Notes: generated by a model not told the origin, from the sequence alone. Numbered from the stretch's first letter, positions 37,474-52,200 are shown. The stretch is DNA of 64,000 nucleotides from Octopus sinensis (GCF_006345805.1 NC_042997.1:122264001-122328000); one strand, 5' to 3'. Program-made: numbers and translations.

Positions 37474-37675
37474 TAGCAGAAACGTGAGCACGCCGGGCGA
37501 AATGCTTAGCGATATTTTGTCTGTCTTTACTTTCTGAGTTCAAATTCCGCCGCGGTCAACTTTGCAGTTCATCCTTTCAGGATCAATAAATTAAGTGCCA
37601 GTTGTGTACTGAGGTCAATCTAGTCGACTGGACCCCATTGCAAATATTTCGGGCCTTGTGTCAAGTATAGAAAAG
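37474..37675 (+). mobile_element. SINE family 3 copy, tail type 2
   Basis: GCAGAAACGTGAGCACGCCGGGCGAAATGCTTAGC..GAGTTCAAATTCC..CATCCTTTCAGGATCAATAAATTAAGT. Confidence 0.85.
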
Positions 37676-38207
37676 GATATATGGATATTTATGGTTTTCT
37701 TGATGATGAACTTGAAATTATTGTTGAATTATATCTGAACAGTGTATTTCTCATAATAAATAAAAATCAAATTAAAATATAATATACGAAAACAGACTGT
37801 CAATTAGAATAATGTTACAAACAATAATGTAATCTAACAGAGCTATGATACGTTATATAGTCTTCGGAAACGAGTTTACAATTACCCAAATGAAATTATG
37901 AATACGGCTGCAGAAGACCCAACAAGCAGAATATAACACAAACTGTATTATAACGATTAATAATAATCCTCTCAACTAGATGTTTATTGAAAAGTGTTAG
38001 CAATTGCTGTTTTCTAATGCAGATAAAGTGTGACAATACAATTTTAACTCTAAATGCTTAATCTCATAGTTTACTTGGGATGTTTCTCCTGATTAAATCG
38101 ATAAACAATAATATAACTTATATTTTAATATTACTCTCACAGATAATAATAATAATAATATATATATATATAATAATATATATATATATATATACATACA
38201 CACACAC

Positions 38208-38291
<84 letters not shown>

Positions 38292-38694
38292 ATATATATA
38301 TATATATATAAATATATATATATATACACACATTGTTATGAAAATATAAATTATAATGTTAAGTTAAACAGATAAAGAGTTTTTTATACTGCACTGTAAG
38401 GTTAGGATGAATTCCCTTATCAAAATGTGGGAAGCGAGGTGTTATTACCCAAGACTGTGAAAGTATAACAAATTGGCTAGACCTTGGCAAACCTTTATAA
38501 GCATAGATAATTGTATCCTTCTAACAGTTTTTTTCTGACAGTTTTTTCTATGAGACAAAGTTGATCAATTGGATTCTGGAAGCTATGATTGGCATTTAGC
38601 TATGTTAGGCATTTAGGGATTTACTTTATGCTCCAAGAATTCGCCATAAATTTTGTCAGATTTAAAATAATTTCTGTCACATCTGGGTTCAAGG

Positions 38695-38915
38695 TTCGAA
38701 ATCCACTGTTCGAAAACCGAATTTGTTCTAAAATGGAAATCCTGCTTTTATGAAATCCAAATTTTCGGAATCCACATTTTTTTGAAAACCAAACTTGCAA
38801 AGCCAGTTTTGTGTGGGGCCAACTTTCGTGGAACCAAAATTTGTGAATCCAGATTTACGGATCCAAGTTTGTAAAATCAAGTGTATGAAGCCAGGATTCT
38901 GAGTCCGAATTTCTG
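38695..38915. repeat. Degenerate minisatellite with roughly 15-bp period (GAATCCAAATTT..)
   Basis: A CC dinucleotide recurs at 14-17 bp spacing from about 38757 to 38905 (GAAATCCAAATTTTC, GGAATCCACATTTTT, GTGAATCCAGATTTA, GGATCCAAGTTTGT). Confidence 0.75.
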
Positions 38916-40865
38916 AACTGTATTTATATGTTACCTTTATAAATATTATGCTGACAATTGTTAATATTTTACAAAAAATTTCATGATGTGTTGATTTTTT
39001 TAGGTTCGCCCTATCCTCATTGATTCTGTAAATTCGGGTTATGACCACCAGGTTGTAACAACATGCCCTGGCTGGGTTTTGAAAATAGACCACAAAGAAA
39101 CACATAAATTCTACCAATCTAGCGCTTGCAAAGAGAATAATAATTCGAATTGGTTTATTGTCATTCAATTTGTTAGAATGAGCTCACATAAAACTACAGC
39201 TTTCTAAAAGTTGTAGAATGCAGAAAAAGTTTAGAGAAGATAGTATTCGTTCACATCTCCATAATTCTAAGCCACAAATATCCCTGTTGGAAGGTAAAAC
39301 AAGTTGCACCTGGCTGATGCCTGAACTCATTATATACAATATATGAAGTCATTTTACAACCTATTCGTACTCAAATTCTTCAACTATAAAAAATAATTAG
39401 CTTTGAGGCGCGGATTAATAAATGTGAAAAGAAATAAAACTTTCTAAAGAATTATTTTGAAATCATTGATTCTATTAGTGAAGCCAAACTTCTTTGGTTT
39501 GCAATGCTTTTTCAGTATCACGATGTACTGTATTTCCCCATTTCTCTCTTTCTGTACTTCTTCATGACAAGAGAGATCTTGTTCATTGGAGCTATAAATG
39601 TACCCTGGTAGTTTAGTGTTATATTAGACAAAACCTATTTGAATAAATGGAGAAAGAATAATGGGATAAAAATGTTAGGTTAGGTTTAAGCAGCGAAATA
39701 TGTAGTAATTCGCAGGAAAGCTGTTACGATATTAGGAAATTAACAGCATGTTGTTTTGTTAAGAGAAAAAAAAAACGTCTTATAAAGGATTGTAAAATGA
39801 ACAACCTTAAAGAAATAACACGCCCTTTATTCTGATTACTTTTCAATGTAAAATTTTGTTATCCTGTTTGTCTTGAAATCAACATTTTCTTTATATCGAT
39901 TTAAATGTCATTATGCCTGACCTAGCTGTGACCTAACAATTAGATATTTCAAATCCGTGCTGTAGATTAGCGGGGCGTTTTATTTAATCAATATGTTGGG
40001 CTACGAATCAATTAAGCTTTTTTGAAGTACCATATTCAGCATCTTCATTTGGTGTCCTGGAGACATTAAAGAAGGTTAAAGATCAACCTAGATATTTTAT
40101 TTCCTGATGAACAGTATTTCACAAATCTGAATCTTAATTTAACATTGGACCTTCCTTTCCATCTGAATGAAATTCAATTACTATATAACCATGGTAGAAA
40201 TAAAATACATAATGTAGATGTATTACGAATATTATATGTAATTGTTGGCTGTATTACATTTGCATGTGTATGTCATTCTGCCTTTATATATATGTAAACA
40301 TTTGTATAAACACATTCATCCGCAAAGAATATAAGAAAAATAAATTATAAATCTATCTAACCATAATGATCAGTTATGTTTCCTGTCAGAAAGATAACAC
40401 AAATGCAGGGAATTTTAATAACATACCTATATCTAGGAAGAATTATTTGCCCGACAATATCTATGAGTGGTGAAAGCCGTGGGCCGAGAGATATCTACAG
40501 TTCACGATACTGTGCAAATTCCATATTCAACAGCCTTACAATAAGAATACATGGACACAAACGACATCATACTTTGTTCGTAAAAGTCAAATCTTGAGAA
40601 CGGTCCATTCCGCAACAACTTATTTCGCTGTTGTGTTTTGTAGCTACTTACATTGAATAAACTTCACTGCAAGTTATCAGAGATTTGTACTTATTGTTTG
40701 TTAGGGATTTGAACCTGCGTGACAAAATATATAATGAGCCAGAAGTTACTAAGACTGAATAAAATTTACCATGAAGCTTTTTTTCGCTCTCCATAAATTG
40801 AAACTGAAACCTCCAAATAACACGATATCGACCCACAAATACATGTACAAACACACATACATATG

Positions 40866-40944
<79 letters not shown>

Positions 40945-41385
40945 TGTATGTATGTATGTATGAAGTTTGCTACAAAAATAACAAATAAATAAAAGAGACA
41001 GTGATAGCCGAACATATCAATTATTCCACATTTCTGTGGAAGCCATCATATATGTGTTACGCAGTTTGCCAAAATATTTGACCTGACATTGTCACTTAAA
41101 CAATACATAGTCTACCTCCAAAAGGCTGTCCCGGGATACAGAGAATTCCCTCTGTAATTAAATACATCTATAATGAACACCAAGACAACTGGTAGTTACT
41201 CTCATGCAAACTTCTATTAAGTACAACTATTAGATACCATATTCAAGGCGGTGGGCTGGCAGAAACGTTAGTACACCGGGCGAAATGCTTAGCTTTATTT
41301 CGTCTGCCCTTACGTTCTGAGGTCAAATTCTGTGGCAGTCATCATCATCGTCATCGTGATCCTCTTCATCGTCCTCCAGAGTGTT

Positions 41386-41761
41386 AGGAGTGGCTGTGTG
41401 GTAAGTAGCTTGCTTACCAACCACTGCGTGGCACCTTGGGTAAGTGACTTCTACAATAGCCTCGGGCCGACCAAAGCCTTGTGAGTGGATTTGGTAGACA
41501 GAAACTGAAAGAAGCCCGTCGTGTATATATATATATATATATATACTCTTTTACTCTTTACTCTTTTACTTGTTTCAGTCATTTGACTGCGGCCATGCTG
41601 GAGCACCGCCTTTATTCGATCAAATCGACCCCGGAACTTATTCTTTGTAAGCCCAGTACTTATTCTATCGGTCTCTTTTGCCGAACCGCTAAGTGGCGGG
41701 GACGTAGACACACCAGCATCGGTTGTCAAGCAATGCTAGGGCGACAAACACAGACACACAA

Positions 41762-41794
<33 letters not shown>

Positions 41795-41963
41795 CATATA
41801 TACGACAGGCTTCTTTCAGTTTCTCTCTACCAAATCCACTCAAAAGGCATTGGTCGGCCCGGGGCTATAGCAGAAGACACTTGCCCAAGATGCCACGCAG
41901 TGGGACTGAACCCGCAACCATGTGGTTGGTTAGCAAGCTACTTACCACACAGCCACTCCTGCG

Positions 41964-42021
<58 letters not shown>

Positions 42022-42237
42022 TGTGTGTATGTATGTGTTTGTGTGTCTGTGCCTGTTTCCCAACATCGCTTGACAACCGATGCTGGTGTGTTTACGTCCC
42101 CGTCGGTTCGGCAAGAGAGACCGATAGAATAAGTACAAGGCTTCCAAAGAATAAGTCTTGGGGTCGATTTCCTTGACTAAAGGCGGTGCTCCAGCATGGC
42201 CGCAGTCAAATGACTGAAACAAATGAAAGTAAAAGAA
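41386..42237 (+). mobile_element. Outer SINE family 1 copy (B-box deleted), interrupted within its internal (TA)n
   Basis: Head 41386-41522 reads ACCAACCACTGCGTGG, so the B-box segment between two CCAC is missing; tail at 42056-42237. Confidence 0.85.
41545..41965 (-). mobile_element. Inner full-length SINE family 1 copy, antisense, nested in the outer copy
   Basis: Intact A/B boxes, tail ending in short AGTAAAAG-type repeats, and (TA)n on both flanks. Confidence 0.9.
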
Positions 42238-42649
42238 AAGATGCGAGAAGAGTTTTCCAGTATTACTATCTTCCGTTCTTAGAAGTGTAGCAAAATGTTA
42301 TAGTGAATTGATGTACATTCTCGTCTTAGGGAGATGGACATAATATATGGATTCATTCAGACTGCTATTCAGGGAGAGATTGAGTGTGTTAATGAATAGA
42401 TTACACATGTATGAAAACCAACATCTTTATTTTTGTTTTTGCTACACATGGTTCGACTGGTGAATCGTGACACGTTCTGCTAATATATTTTCTTGAGCAA
42501 TGATTCTGTGGATAGCAAGTAAGAGTCTATAGAATATAAAATTCTTCCTTCTGGCCATCAATGATGTCCATGTTAGTGTATTGCAGATACACCTACACAA
42601 CGCTTTCATCGCAGGCATTGCTGACTCAGCGCAAACACAAAAAATACAT

Positions 42650-42693
<44 letters not shown>

Positions 42694-45222
42694 AATATGA
42701 TATATAATTATGGGCCTCTACAACAGCTTTGCCAATTCAAGTCTTTGACGTATACGAAACCTCCGCACCCATAATTGAATACACGAACGCTCAAACTAAC
42801 CTATACACACACACATACTCATTTGTGTGTGAATAATTGTGTGTGTTATATTTACCTATTTACCTTTACATACACAAGCGATTGTATTCCAATTCATGTA
42901 TTCCAGCATATATTATATTTATGTTCTTCAACTGTTAGTATTTGGCATTTATATAACAAGATTTGTTACAAGATAATCTGCAAGCATGCATGTATTGTAT
43001 AATTAATAGGAAGGAAAAAATAGTATTACTGGACAGAAAATTGTTTTTCTTGTATTTCTTTTGTTACAATATACTATTTAATATGAACTGATGACTAAAA
43101 GTCTATCGGACATTTTCGTAAATTAATCTAGAACGTGTGTGTTCGTGCTGTTTTAGACTGTAGTTATGGAAGTACATCTCATACATTAATGCATTAATAA
43201 AGAATATGTGCAACGACTGCATTATAAATAGGCTTTTAGCATCGCATCTCATTTAATTGGGTCTTCATTTAGTGCTTTTGAATTCTTGAGGATTTCATGA
43301 TTTAAATTCATTCTGTTATTTTTCCAAAGAAAAGAAGTGAATTTGTGCAGTTACTTCATACTTGCACATTACGACTTACATTTGTTTGGTTGTTTCTTTT
43401 TTTGAGTTTACGAAATTTCTTAGAATAAACATTCCAACATTAGATATACATTCTTCTTCGTGATTCTGTATAACAAGTGACATTACTGAATAAAATATTT
43501 TCGAAGTAAGCTAAAAATTACTTTATAGTTATCTCTTGAAAACAAGAAAATTGTTAACATTCTGCTGTATACGGTTCATTAATTTTATTGCATTCCATAA
43601 AATTAAATATTTCCGTTATGGAATCAGTCCATAGTTGCCGAAGTACCTGATCCACTCGATCATGCCGAGTTATGACAATTCATTCTCCAGGTGTTATGGC
43701 TGATATATGAAATAAAACACTTATCATTAAATTAAAACAAGTTGGAATAAGAAACTGTTCAAAAATTAGGTTAAAAGCAAATGACAATAATGTATGTTCC
43801 TCACTTAATCTAATACGTGTGTAACAATATATTTTTATACAATCAATGATTTAAACATAGCGACATAGTGACGTGAGTGAGTTATATGTGCATTTCCGAG
43901 ATATTGGTGATTACTGTGAACAGATTCTTTGTTTAAAGTGGATCTGAAAAATATTTATCCGGTGGATTGAAATCGATATTGTCAAATTTACATAATAATC
44001 ATACTGCATAATATTAATAATTTCTTTATTTGTATGTTTAAAAATCTGCACCATATATATATATATATATATATATATGGACGTGGTGTATGCATGTATA
44101 TATATATAGATGTGGTGTATGCATTTTTGCCTTAATTAACGTTGAAACTTATTGGCAAGTTATTAAACGAAACTGAACTTTTCATTAAGATAATATTTTA
44201 TGTTCAATATTTTATACAAGCAATGTAGCGTATCAAAGAGGTGTGAATGCCTTTAGAAATGAAAATTATCAAAATTGTTGTTTTTATTGTTTAGCAATAC
44301 ATCAAGGAGAGCAATTTGTGTTTTCTATCTCAAAGCAATTGCCGACAAGAAAGAAACTTCATCGTTGTTTGTAGTAAGTAATATAGAATACGCCTGCACA
44401 GTTCTTCACATAGTGAGATCTATAAAAGATCTCTTTGAAGAGTCAGGTGTAAAGTTATTGTAAATAACCAAGAATACTTTACAAAAACCATTCCGTGGTA
44501 GAAATACTTCTTCGAAACATTATATAAAATTTTACTACTATGGGAACGATTTAAAACATGAATTCTTCTTCGTTTTGATGTCGTCTGATATAAGTGAGTT
44601 AAAAGAAGGAAAAAAAAATTGCAAATGTAACGCTGAAGCACCTCGCATATTTTCAGACGCTGTGATAAGATGGCAACACAGGAAACATTTTGCCTCACCT
44701 TTTAATGTTGGAGTTGTCTGTGCTTAAATGTTAGTGACAAGTTTATCGCAATGAAATGTTGCACAATATTTACCATTTCGAGAGTGATGCACACAGATTT
44801 CGTGCTTGATTCATAACATTCAGACATATGTTTAAAAGCATAGATCAAACTGTTCGAATGGCTTCATGGTGTCACACAGTGCACTGCAAAACTCTAAATT
44901 CTGATCAGATTTTATCAAAGGCTATCTAAAGCGAGTGTTATATCTTGGTCAAAAGATTACTGTAATAATAAATATATAGACTACGAATTATTCAAAGTAC
45001 ATCTGAAACATCCGAATGACAAGCAAATTTTCTAGTTCTGTTACTTGAAACACTAAGGCTGAGGTCTGAGGCAGAAAATTTTATGTGTAAGGTTTAAACC
45101 CAATAAGTGGTGTGTATCAACTGTACATTATTATTTCCACAAAAGTAAGATGAATGTTACCTAAAGATAATGTTTCAGAATCGAATAGGTTCTTTCTTAT
45201 AAATAAATAAATAAATAAATAA

Positions 45223-45301
<79 letters not shown>

Positions 45302-46029
45302 GTGCATGTGTGAGAGAACGAGAATGAAAAAAAAAACAAGTACTCAAATAAAATTACGATGAAATTCTGTAGTTATACACAATATCGGAGATATGTTGCA
45401 AATTGATTCAGAACTTTCTTCCATTGAATCCACATAAATTTCATCTTGGGAATATTTTGTTCTACTACGGTAGTTTAATGAATTTACATGTAGGAACTTT
45501 CGAACAAACTCTAAAGATTCATGCGTATCAATGTTTTAGAAATTTCTGAAAACTCTCGGGGGTCATATGGCATGTAATATGATCTACAAGAAAAAAATCT
45601 AGAGTCTAATCAATTAAAAGAGAATAATAATTTTGCATGTCAAATCCATGAATTATTTCAGATACAGGAAGATAGTTTCAATATTTATGACATTTTAGTC
45701 CCTTTTTTTGTTGTTTGCTTGTAAGGGAATAGATTCAGTTACAGCATTTAAAATTTTACTGGTTTTATTGCTTTAGCACTTAAAGGAATATTAGAACTAA
45801 AAGAATAGGAGAAAATATTTTGCAGATACACGACGCTTTCTTTGCAGACATTGCTGGCATGTGCGCAAACACTTAAAAAAAATTATACGCCTCTACAACA
45901 GCTATTTATGATGTTTATTGTTCAGTGTTCAAATTCAAAGGGAGCTTCATAGCCTTTTAACGTTCTGGAGTGTATAATATAAAACATTATCAAATACTAA
46001 ACAGTGATTTAATTAACCTACTCTCAGCT

Positions 46030-46245
46030 TTGTGGCGTTGGCGATAAATTACAAACGCAGACAAAATGCATAGCACCGCGTTATTCGTATTTATATTCTG
46101 AGTACGAACACCACTGAGATCGACATTGCTTTCAATCGTTTCGGGGTGGATGAAATAAGTATCAACCAAGTACCGGGGTCGATGTAACTGAATATCCCTT
46201 CCCCCAAAATGCTAGGCCCTGTGCTGATACCAGTAAGGATTATTA
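46030..46245 (+). mobile_element. Diverged SINE family 3 copy
   Basis: TTTCGGGGTGGATGAAATAAGTA..GGGGTCGATGTAAC..CCCCCAAAAT..AAGGATTATTAT. Confidence 0.65.
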
Positions 46246-46852
46246 TACACCAAAATAAAGTAACTAGAACGTAAAGCTATTGTCTAAGTACAATGTTTCA
46301 CACACACATACAGATTTATATATTAGTATGAACGTATATAGCCGCATCATTATACATAACTATTCTGTTTGAGCTTTAGTGATATTATAAACGAACTAAT
46401 TTCTACACAAATTCTCCCTCTATTTGGAAAAGTATTTGCATGTGCAATAGACACATATTAGGGACAACATATTGGAGCTATCACTGTTATTTTCTTTTTC
46501 CATTTTTATCCTATTAAATATTCCATCCATGTCATATTCTCCAGTAATGCATATATAATTACATGAATTTTAAATTGTGTTTCTTGCAGAAGATTAAGTG
46601 GGATACATGAATTCAAATTAGTTCCTTATCTCAAAGATGTTTCAACAAATACATTCTATGCAAATATGTTAATACATTGTATTAAGTAACTATTTCTTGG
46701 TGTCAATGTAAATAAAAGATAAATCACATTCAGGAAATTCTATATATAATACTACAAAGGAATCTCATGAATCATATACAAAAGAGTGTATGTATATATA
46801 TATATATAAATATATAATGTCAACCAATATGCCGCATGTTATTAGTTATGGC

Positions 46853-46917
<65 letters not shown>

Positions 46918-47740
46918 CATGTACATTTGTGCTGTCTATGCCTGTCTATGCCTGTACTAAGCTAACATTCTTATTTTGAAGTTGTTCAAAGAGAGACACG
47001 AAGTCATCGATTATTGTATCAAAGTAGTTACACGTGTAAAATGAGTGTATTAGTGAGTCAGTTTTATCTGTAAATATTTTATTTAACGACTGAGTTTATT
47101 CAAGAATACATGTACAGATTACCTATCATTCAAAATATACCAAACAGATCTTCTTTCAGCTAAGATTGCAGCAGAGGGATTACTTGACAAGTTTACTTAA
47201 AATTGGCAAATCTTATTTTAACGTGACGATTTATGTGAGATTTAGTATATACGCTTCCCAAGTTTTAGAAACGCTGAAAATTCCGACAGATATTTGATAA
47301 ATATACCATAGAATGATAAGAGACGTTTCGTTTTATCCGTGTATGTATGTTGAACGTAGATACCCAACATACACAAGCAAACACGTGCAACTAGACACAT
47401 ATACGGACAGACACACTCACAAACAGATACACACACATACACGTATATTCGCATTGATATATCTAGTATTTAGATAGGTGGCTGGTTAGAAAACACAGGT
47501 GTAGTGAGCTTACGATTGTACGTATTAATAAGAAATCACTGATTTTATTGATGTTGCGCCAACACGATTTCGGTAGATACAAGATTCGAGTTGCATTAAA
47601 GAGCATAAATTTTGTGACACAGGCATGAATATTTTTAAAGTTTTTCTCTTACAAAAATGAGCATCTATATTGGGAAACAATCTACAATGGTTTCAACTTG
47701 ATTCAGTGCCTTATTTTTTTTATTTAAAAAAATTTTTTCA

Positions 47741-48050
47741 TGCGCCCTTTTCAAGCCTAGCCAGGCTCATGGGTCCGGTTTCCCGGTTTCTGTGGCGTAG
47801 TGTGTTCCCTCCCCACCTAACTTGACGGGACGCCAGTCCATCGTAGTGTTACTCAAGAAACAGGAAGAAAGAGTAAGAGAAAGTTGTGGCGAAAGAGTAC
47901 AAAAGGTGTCGCCACCACCCTCTGCCGGAGCCTCGTGGAACTTTTACTTGTTTTCGCTGAATAAACACACACAACGCCCGGTCTGGGAATCAAAACCGCG
48001 ATCCTCAGACCTCGAGTCCGCTGCCTTAACCCCTGGGCCATTGCGCCTCC
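47741..48050 (-). mobile_element. SINE family 2, second copy
   Basis: Colinear with 4067-4372. Possible decayed TSD TTCAGTGCCTTATT / CTCATTGCCGTATT. Confidence 0.85.
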
Positions 48051-48276
48051 ACTCATTGCCGTATTAGTATAATTCAAATAACAGATAGAGTATGAAAACC
48101 CACCACAGGATAAATATCAATAGCAGGGAACCTGTCATCAATCTCTGCATCGGGATCTAAAGCGATTCGGATTTCCTCATCTATGAATGAAGATATTATA
48201 TAAATTCTCAGGGGCATGAAGTTGACTGATGCAATATATATATATATATATATATATAAGTTGAGCGACTTTCACT

Positions 48277-48322
<46 letters not shown>

Positions 48323-48673
48323 TATATATATGAGTGTATAACAAAGAACAGCACAATAAACATCAGAACGGAAAATAAGAAACAGTGCAAAGCTGCACTC
48401 TGGATTCAATATAACGTTAAATTCCTTAATACAGTATAACTTATGTGCAGTAAAGTAAAAAAGGAGTAGTTTCCTGACTGGTGTTTCACCTTCTACTTTC
48501 CGTTCTTAAGAGATAATGTAAATGGCTACCATTGCGATGTATTGCCTAATTTGCATATTTGTACATTTGACGGCTCGTTATTAATCAAATATTAATTATT
48601 TTTTATTAATCAATATTAATATTAATTAGGATTATATATTTATATAGATAGATAAATCGATAGAAAAACACAT

Positions 48674-48675
<2 letters not shown>

Positions 48676-48716
<41 letters not shown>

Positions 48717-48780
48717 TAGATAGATAGATAGATAGATACATACATACATACATACATACATACATACAAACATACATATA
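48676..48780. repeat. Compound (TA)n(TAGA)n(TACA)n microsatellite
   Basis: Directly visible. Confidence 0.95.
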
Positions 48781-49961
48781 ATTTTTAATTGTCATTACGC
48801 AATATGAATGTAGACCTTTAGCTGAGTTTAATATCCAAGTTCGGATTGACTTAGAATTACAGAATTTTAGAAACGTATCTATAATTAGTATGAAATATTT
48901 CCATATATATCGGAGATACTACTGTAAAATTAACACTATAATTAGTACCAGCTGACTTCATTATCCAGTAGTGTATCATAAAAGTGCGTTGAAGTAATAA
49001 GTACAAAGAAACTTATGCATATTTTCAGCTTTCTTCTCTTCTATTCAATTGTAAACGATGTTGTTTACACCTTACTCATACTCTTGTAATCTTTCAATAT
49101 TTGCAATACTGCGCCAATATTTGTACACAGACTTGAAGTGTTTAATCGATCAAATGAATATCAGAGTTCATTTTATTTATTCATTTATTTATTTGTATGG
49201 TACTTTGTCAAACTGGTCTTAGATTTCATCCCTTCACTTATTTTATCGATCTGCCGAGATCTGTTGTGAAGCATTGTAACATAAAGAAAAGATACATAGA
49301 GAGGGACACAAGTAAAATAAAACATTTTACACATACATGTAAACTCGTAAACATACGCAAACATTTATATGACAGAAGAAGACGCTTGCTTTTATCGACG
49401 GGATTTGGGTGTAAAGCCTAATCCCGTGTTTTCGAAGCAGATCTCTTAAATATCTAACTATATTACCCAAACTATTTCCTTACTTATTTTATGTGAAATA
49501 CAAGCAAATTCTGAATCACACAGCCGTACTATCACCCATGCAAGCATGACTGCATTCATTTGTACTGTTTTATATATTTGAGTAGAGAAATATTCGTTTA
49601 GAATAGAAACATTGATACGTCCATAAATTTCTGAAGGGTTTTGAATTTTCTCAGATTGTCTGTCTTGTTTTTAACACATTTCTACACTATCATAGCCTTT
49701 TTTTTGCGATTTATTGATCACATAAATATTAATATGAATCAGTGTAATTGATGGGTATATTTTTAATTCGGGTGCATTAGGCGTGTCTTTTTATTATAAG
49801 TCTAGTATTTTCTTTTCTTTCTTTTAATGAAAGAGGCTAAACTAGTGTTACAATTTTACAAATTTATCGATCTTTCAAATACGTAATTTCTTTAAATCAA
49901 ATTCATACATACATTACACACACACACGCACACACATGTATATACGTTTGTATATGTGTAC

Positions 49962-50004
<43 letters not shown>

Positions 50005-51221
50005 TGTATATTTGTATGTGCGTATATATATATATATATTTGTATATGTGTACGTGTATATATATATATATATTTCTATATATGTACGTATATATATTAT
50101 ATATATGTGTGTGTGTGTGTGTGTTTGAATGTGTAAGTGTGAGTGTGAGTATGTTTTATTTATGTAGGTTTTAGATTTCTGATTTCATTTGCACCTTGGG
50201 GAGTTGAAAAATAAACATGATTCAATATTCTCTTCCATTATTAAAATTATTCTTCTCATCAATCAAAATAGAATCGTACCTCAGTAAACCCCCCCCCCAC
50301 CAACAAACACACAATTAGTTTAGTCATATTAATCAACGAGTGCTTTACTACTTTAATACTTTTCATTCTTTACATATAATTAACCAGTCTGGCCTGAAGC
50401 AATTCCTCTTTTGAATATTCATAGGGAGACTTTCATTTATCGAAATGAATGAACCGAAACTTTATATTTAGTGTAATGAAATAAGTAAAAAAAAATAAAG
50501 GACGACCATTTCGAATATATGTGTTCGAGAAATTCTTGTTTGCTTTTATGTATGTGTTGAGTTTGTTTTTGTTGTTTCCCCGTGTTAGTATTCTATCAAA
50601 AAAGATCAGTAAAAATGACTTTATATGAAACAAGTGATCAATCCTAGAATCTCATTTCATGCAACGCATTTCTCTTTTCAAAATGATCATCACACACACA
50701 TACATCAACAAAATCATCATACGACTCATTTCTGTAACAATGTTGGACATATCCGCAAAAGTTCTTGATAGTTTAAAAGTTAGGCCAAATGTTGGCCTTG
50801 GCCATGTCAAACGTAAAAGCACCACATGATAGCATATATGATGTCATTTTAAAGTCAAGTTTATTGAGTCGTTATTAATCTAAACAAGTTGTAGTACAGA
50901 AAAAACAAATTTGAAAAGGCATAGCGAATATATGAAGATTTATTTAAATTTTGATGCGTGTGTGTGTGAGTCTACAAATACACTTGACCGGTTTCACATT
51001 TGATTTTCGAAAGTGTATGTTAAGTAGAGTCGTGTAACAAGCTGTATGTTTTGTGTCAGTTGTTCTGATAATCATTTGTTTATTTAACGAGAGAATGTGA
51101 TACAGGCCGTGATCACTGAAAGTATGCATGAGTGGTTGAGAGTGACATGAAAAGTTAATGCTGCGGTTCCCAACCTCGCTGGTGTTCCGTAAATGTAGAA
51201 CTGGGAGGTCTATGGAGCTCT

Positions 51222-51419
51222 TTCCTTTCGTCCGACGTCTTTTTGTTCGATGACATTTTTTTGTCCAACGACAAATCATATTAATAAAATTCGCAATGAT
51301 TATTTGATGTTGAAGTTCTCTTATTTCTTCTAAAGCGTTTGTTTCAAACTGGAAAAATTCCGTTGAACAAAAAAACAAATCAACGGACGAAAAGACTTCG
51401 GACGAAAAGACGGGTCACG
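51222..51419. mobile_element. Possible MITE remnant with inverted 15-bp subterminal repeats
   Basis: CGGACGAAAAGACTT-CGGACGAAAAGACGG (51384-51413) on the right; inverted TTTCGTCCGACGTCTTTTTGTTCG.. (from 51226) on the left. Confidence 0.45.
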
Positions 51420-51450
51420 ATCTGCTCTGTGTGTGTGTGTGTATGTATAT

Positions 51451-51483
<33 letters not shown>

Positions 51484-51562
51484 GCAGATATATACATACA
51501 TGTACATACATATATATACATATGTATACATATATATATATATACATAGATATACATATTAT

Positions 51563-51640
<78 letters not shown>

Positions 51641-52054
51641 CGGGTGTGCGTGATTGTGTATAGAAGTATATATTAATAAAAGGAGTTCCAACCTTGTCTG
51701 ATTTTTACGTTTTATTTACAATCTTATAATGATATAATATAATATGATATAATATAATATAATAAAATACAATAAAATAATAGAATGTTAAATGTTCATT
51801 CTGATTGAACTAGTACTTCCATGCATTAAATTCTGCAATCTTCAGGTTCATGTAGTAGTGGTGACAGTCATGATTCACAATTTTTGACTGTAGCGAGATG
51901 ATTAAATATGTGTCTTAAATACAGCTGTGTAGACTCCAGATTGCTAGGTTTTGCAAACGGTATTCTGACCAATCAGTGTGTAGTATCACTCAATTACTTA
52001 AGCTTATTGGTTTAGGCGCCACGCTTTGTTGAACATGTCAAGAGTCCTGTATCT

Positions 52055-52197
52055 TATATATATGCTCTCCTTCCACTCTGCTGAAGAGCTTAGGCTCGAA
52101 ACATAAAAGACTTCTCCATTTTTCCCGAGCGTCGAAATAATAAACTTGATTGTTCTTCCTAGACCTGTCTCATTCATTGTTTTTCTATAAATTTGAA

Positions 52198-52200
<3 letters not shown>
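52055..52200 (+). mobile_element. Solo homolog of the PLE terminal repeat, with hammerhead-like motif at 52078-52110
   Basis: CTGCTGAAGAGC(TTAG)GCTCGAAACATAAAAGACTT..TTTCCCGAGCG..TAATA..ACCTG aligns by eye with 8966-9075; followed by (CA)n(TA)n. Confidence 0.75.

Noticed and set aside
43600-43720. Minus-strand 53-nt exon bounded by CAG and GTACTT
   Set aside because: Stops in all three frames.
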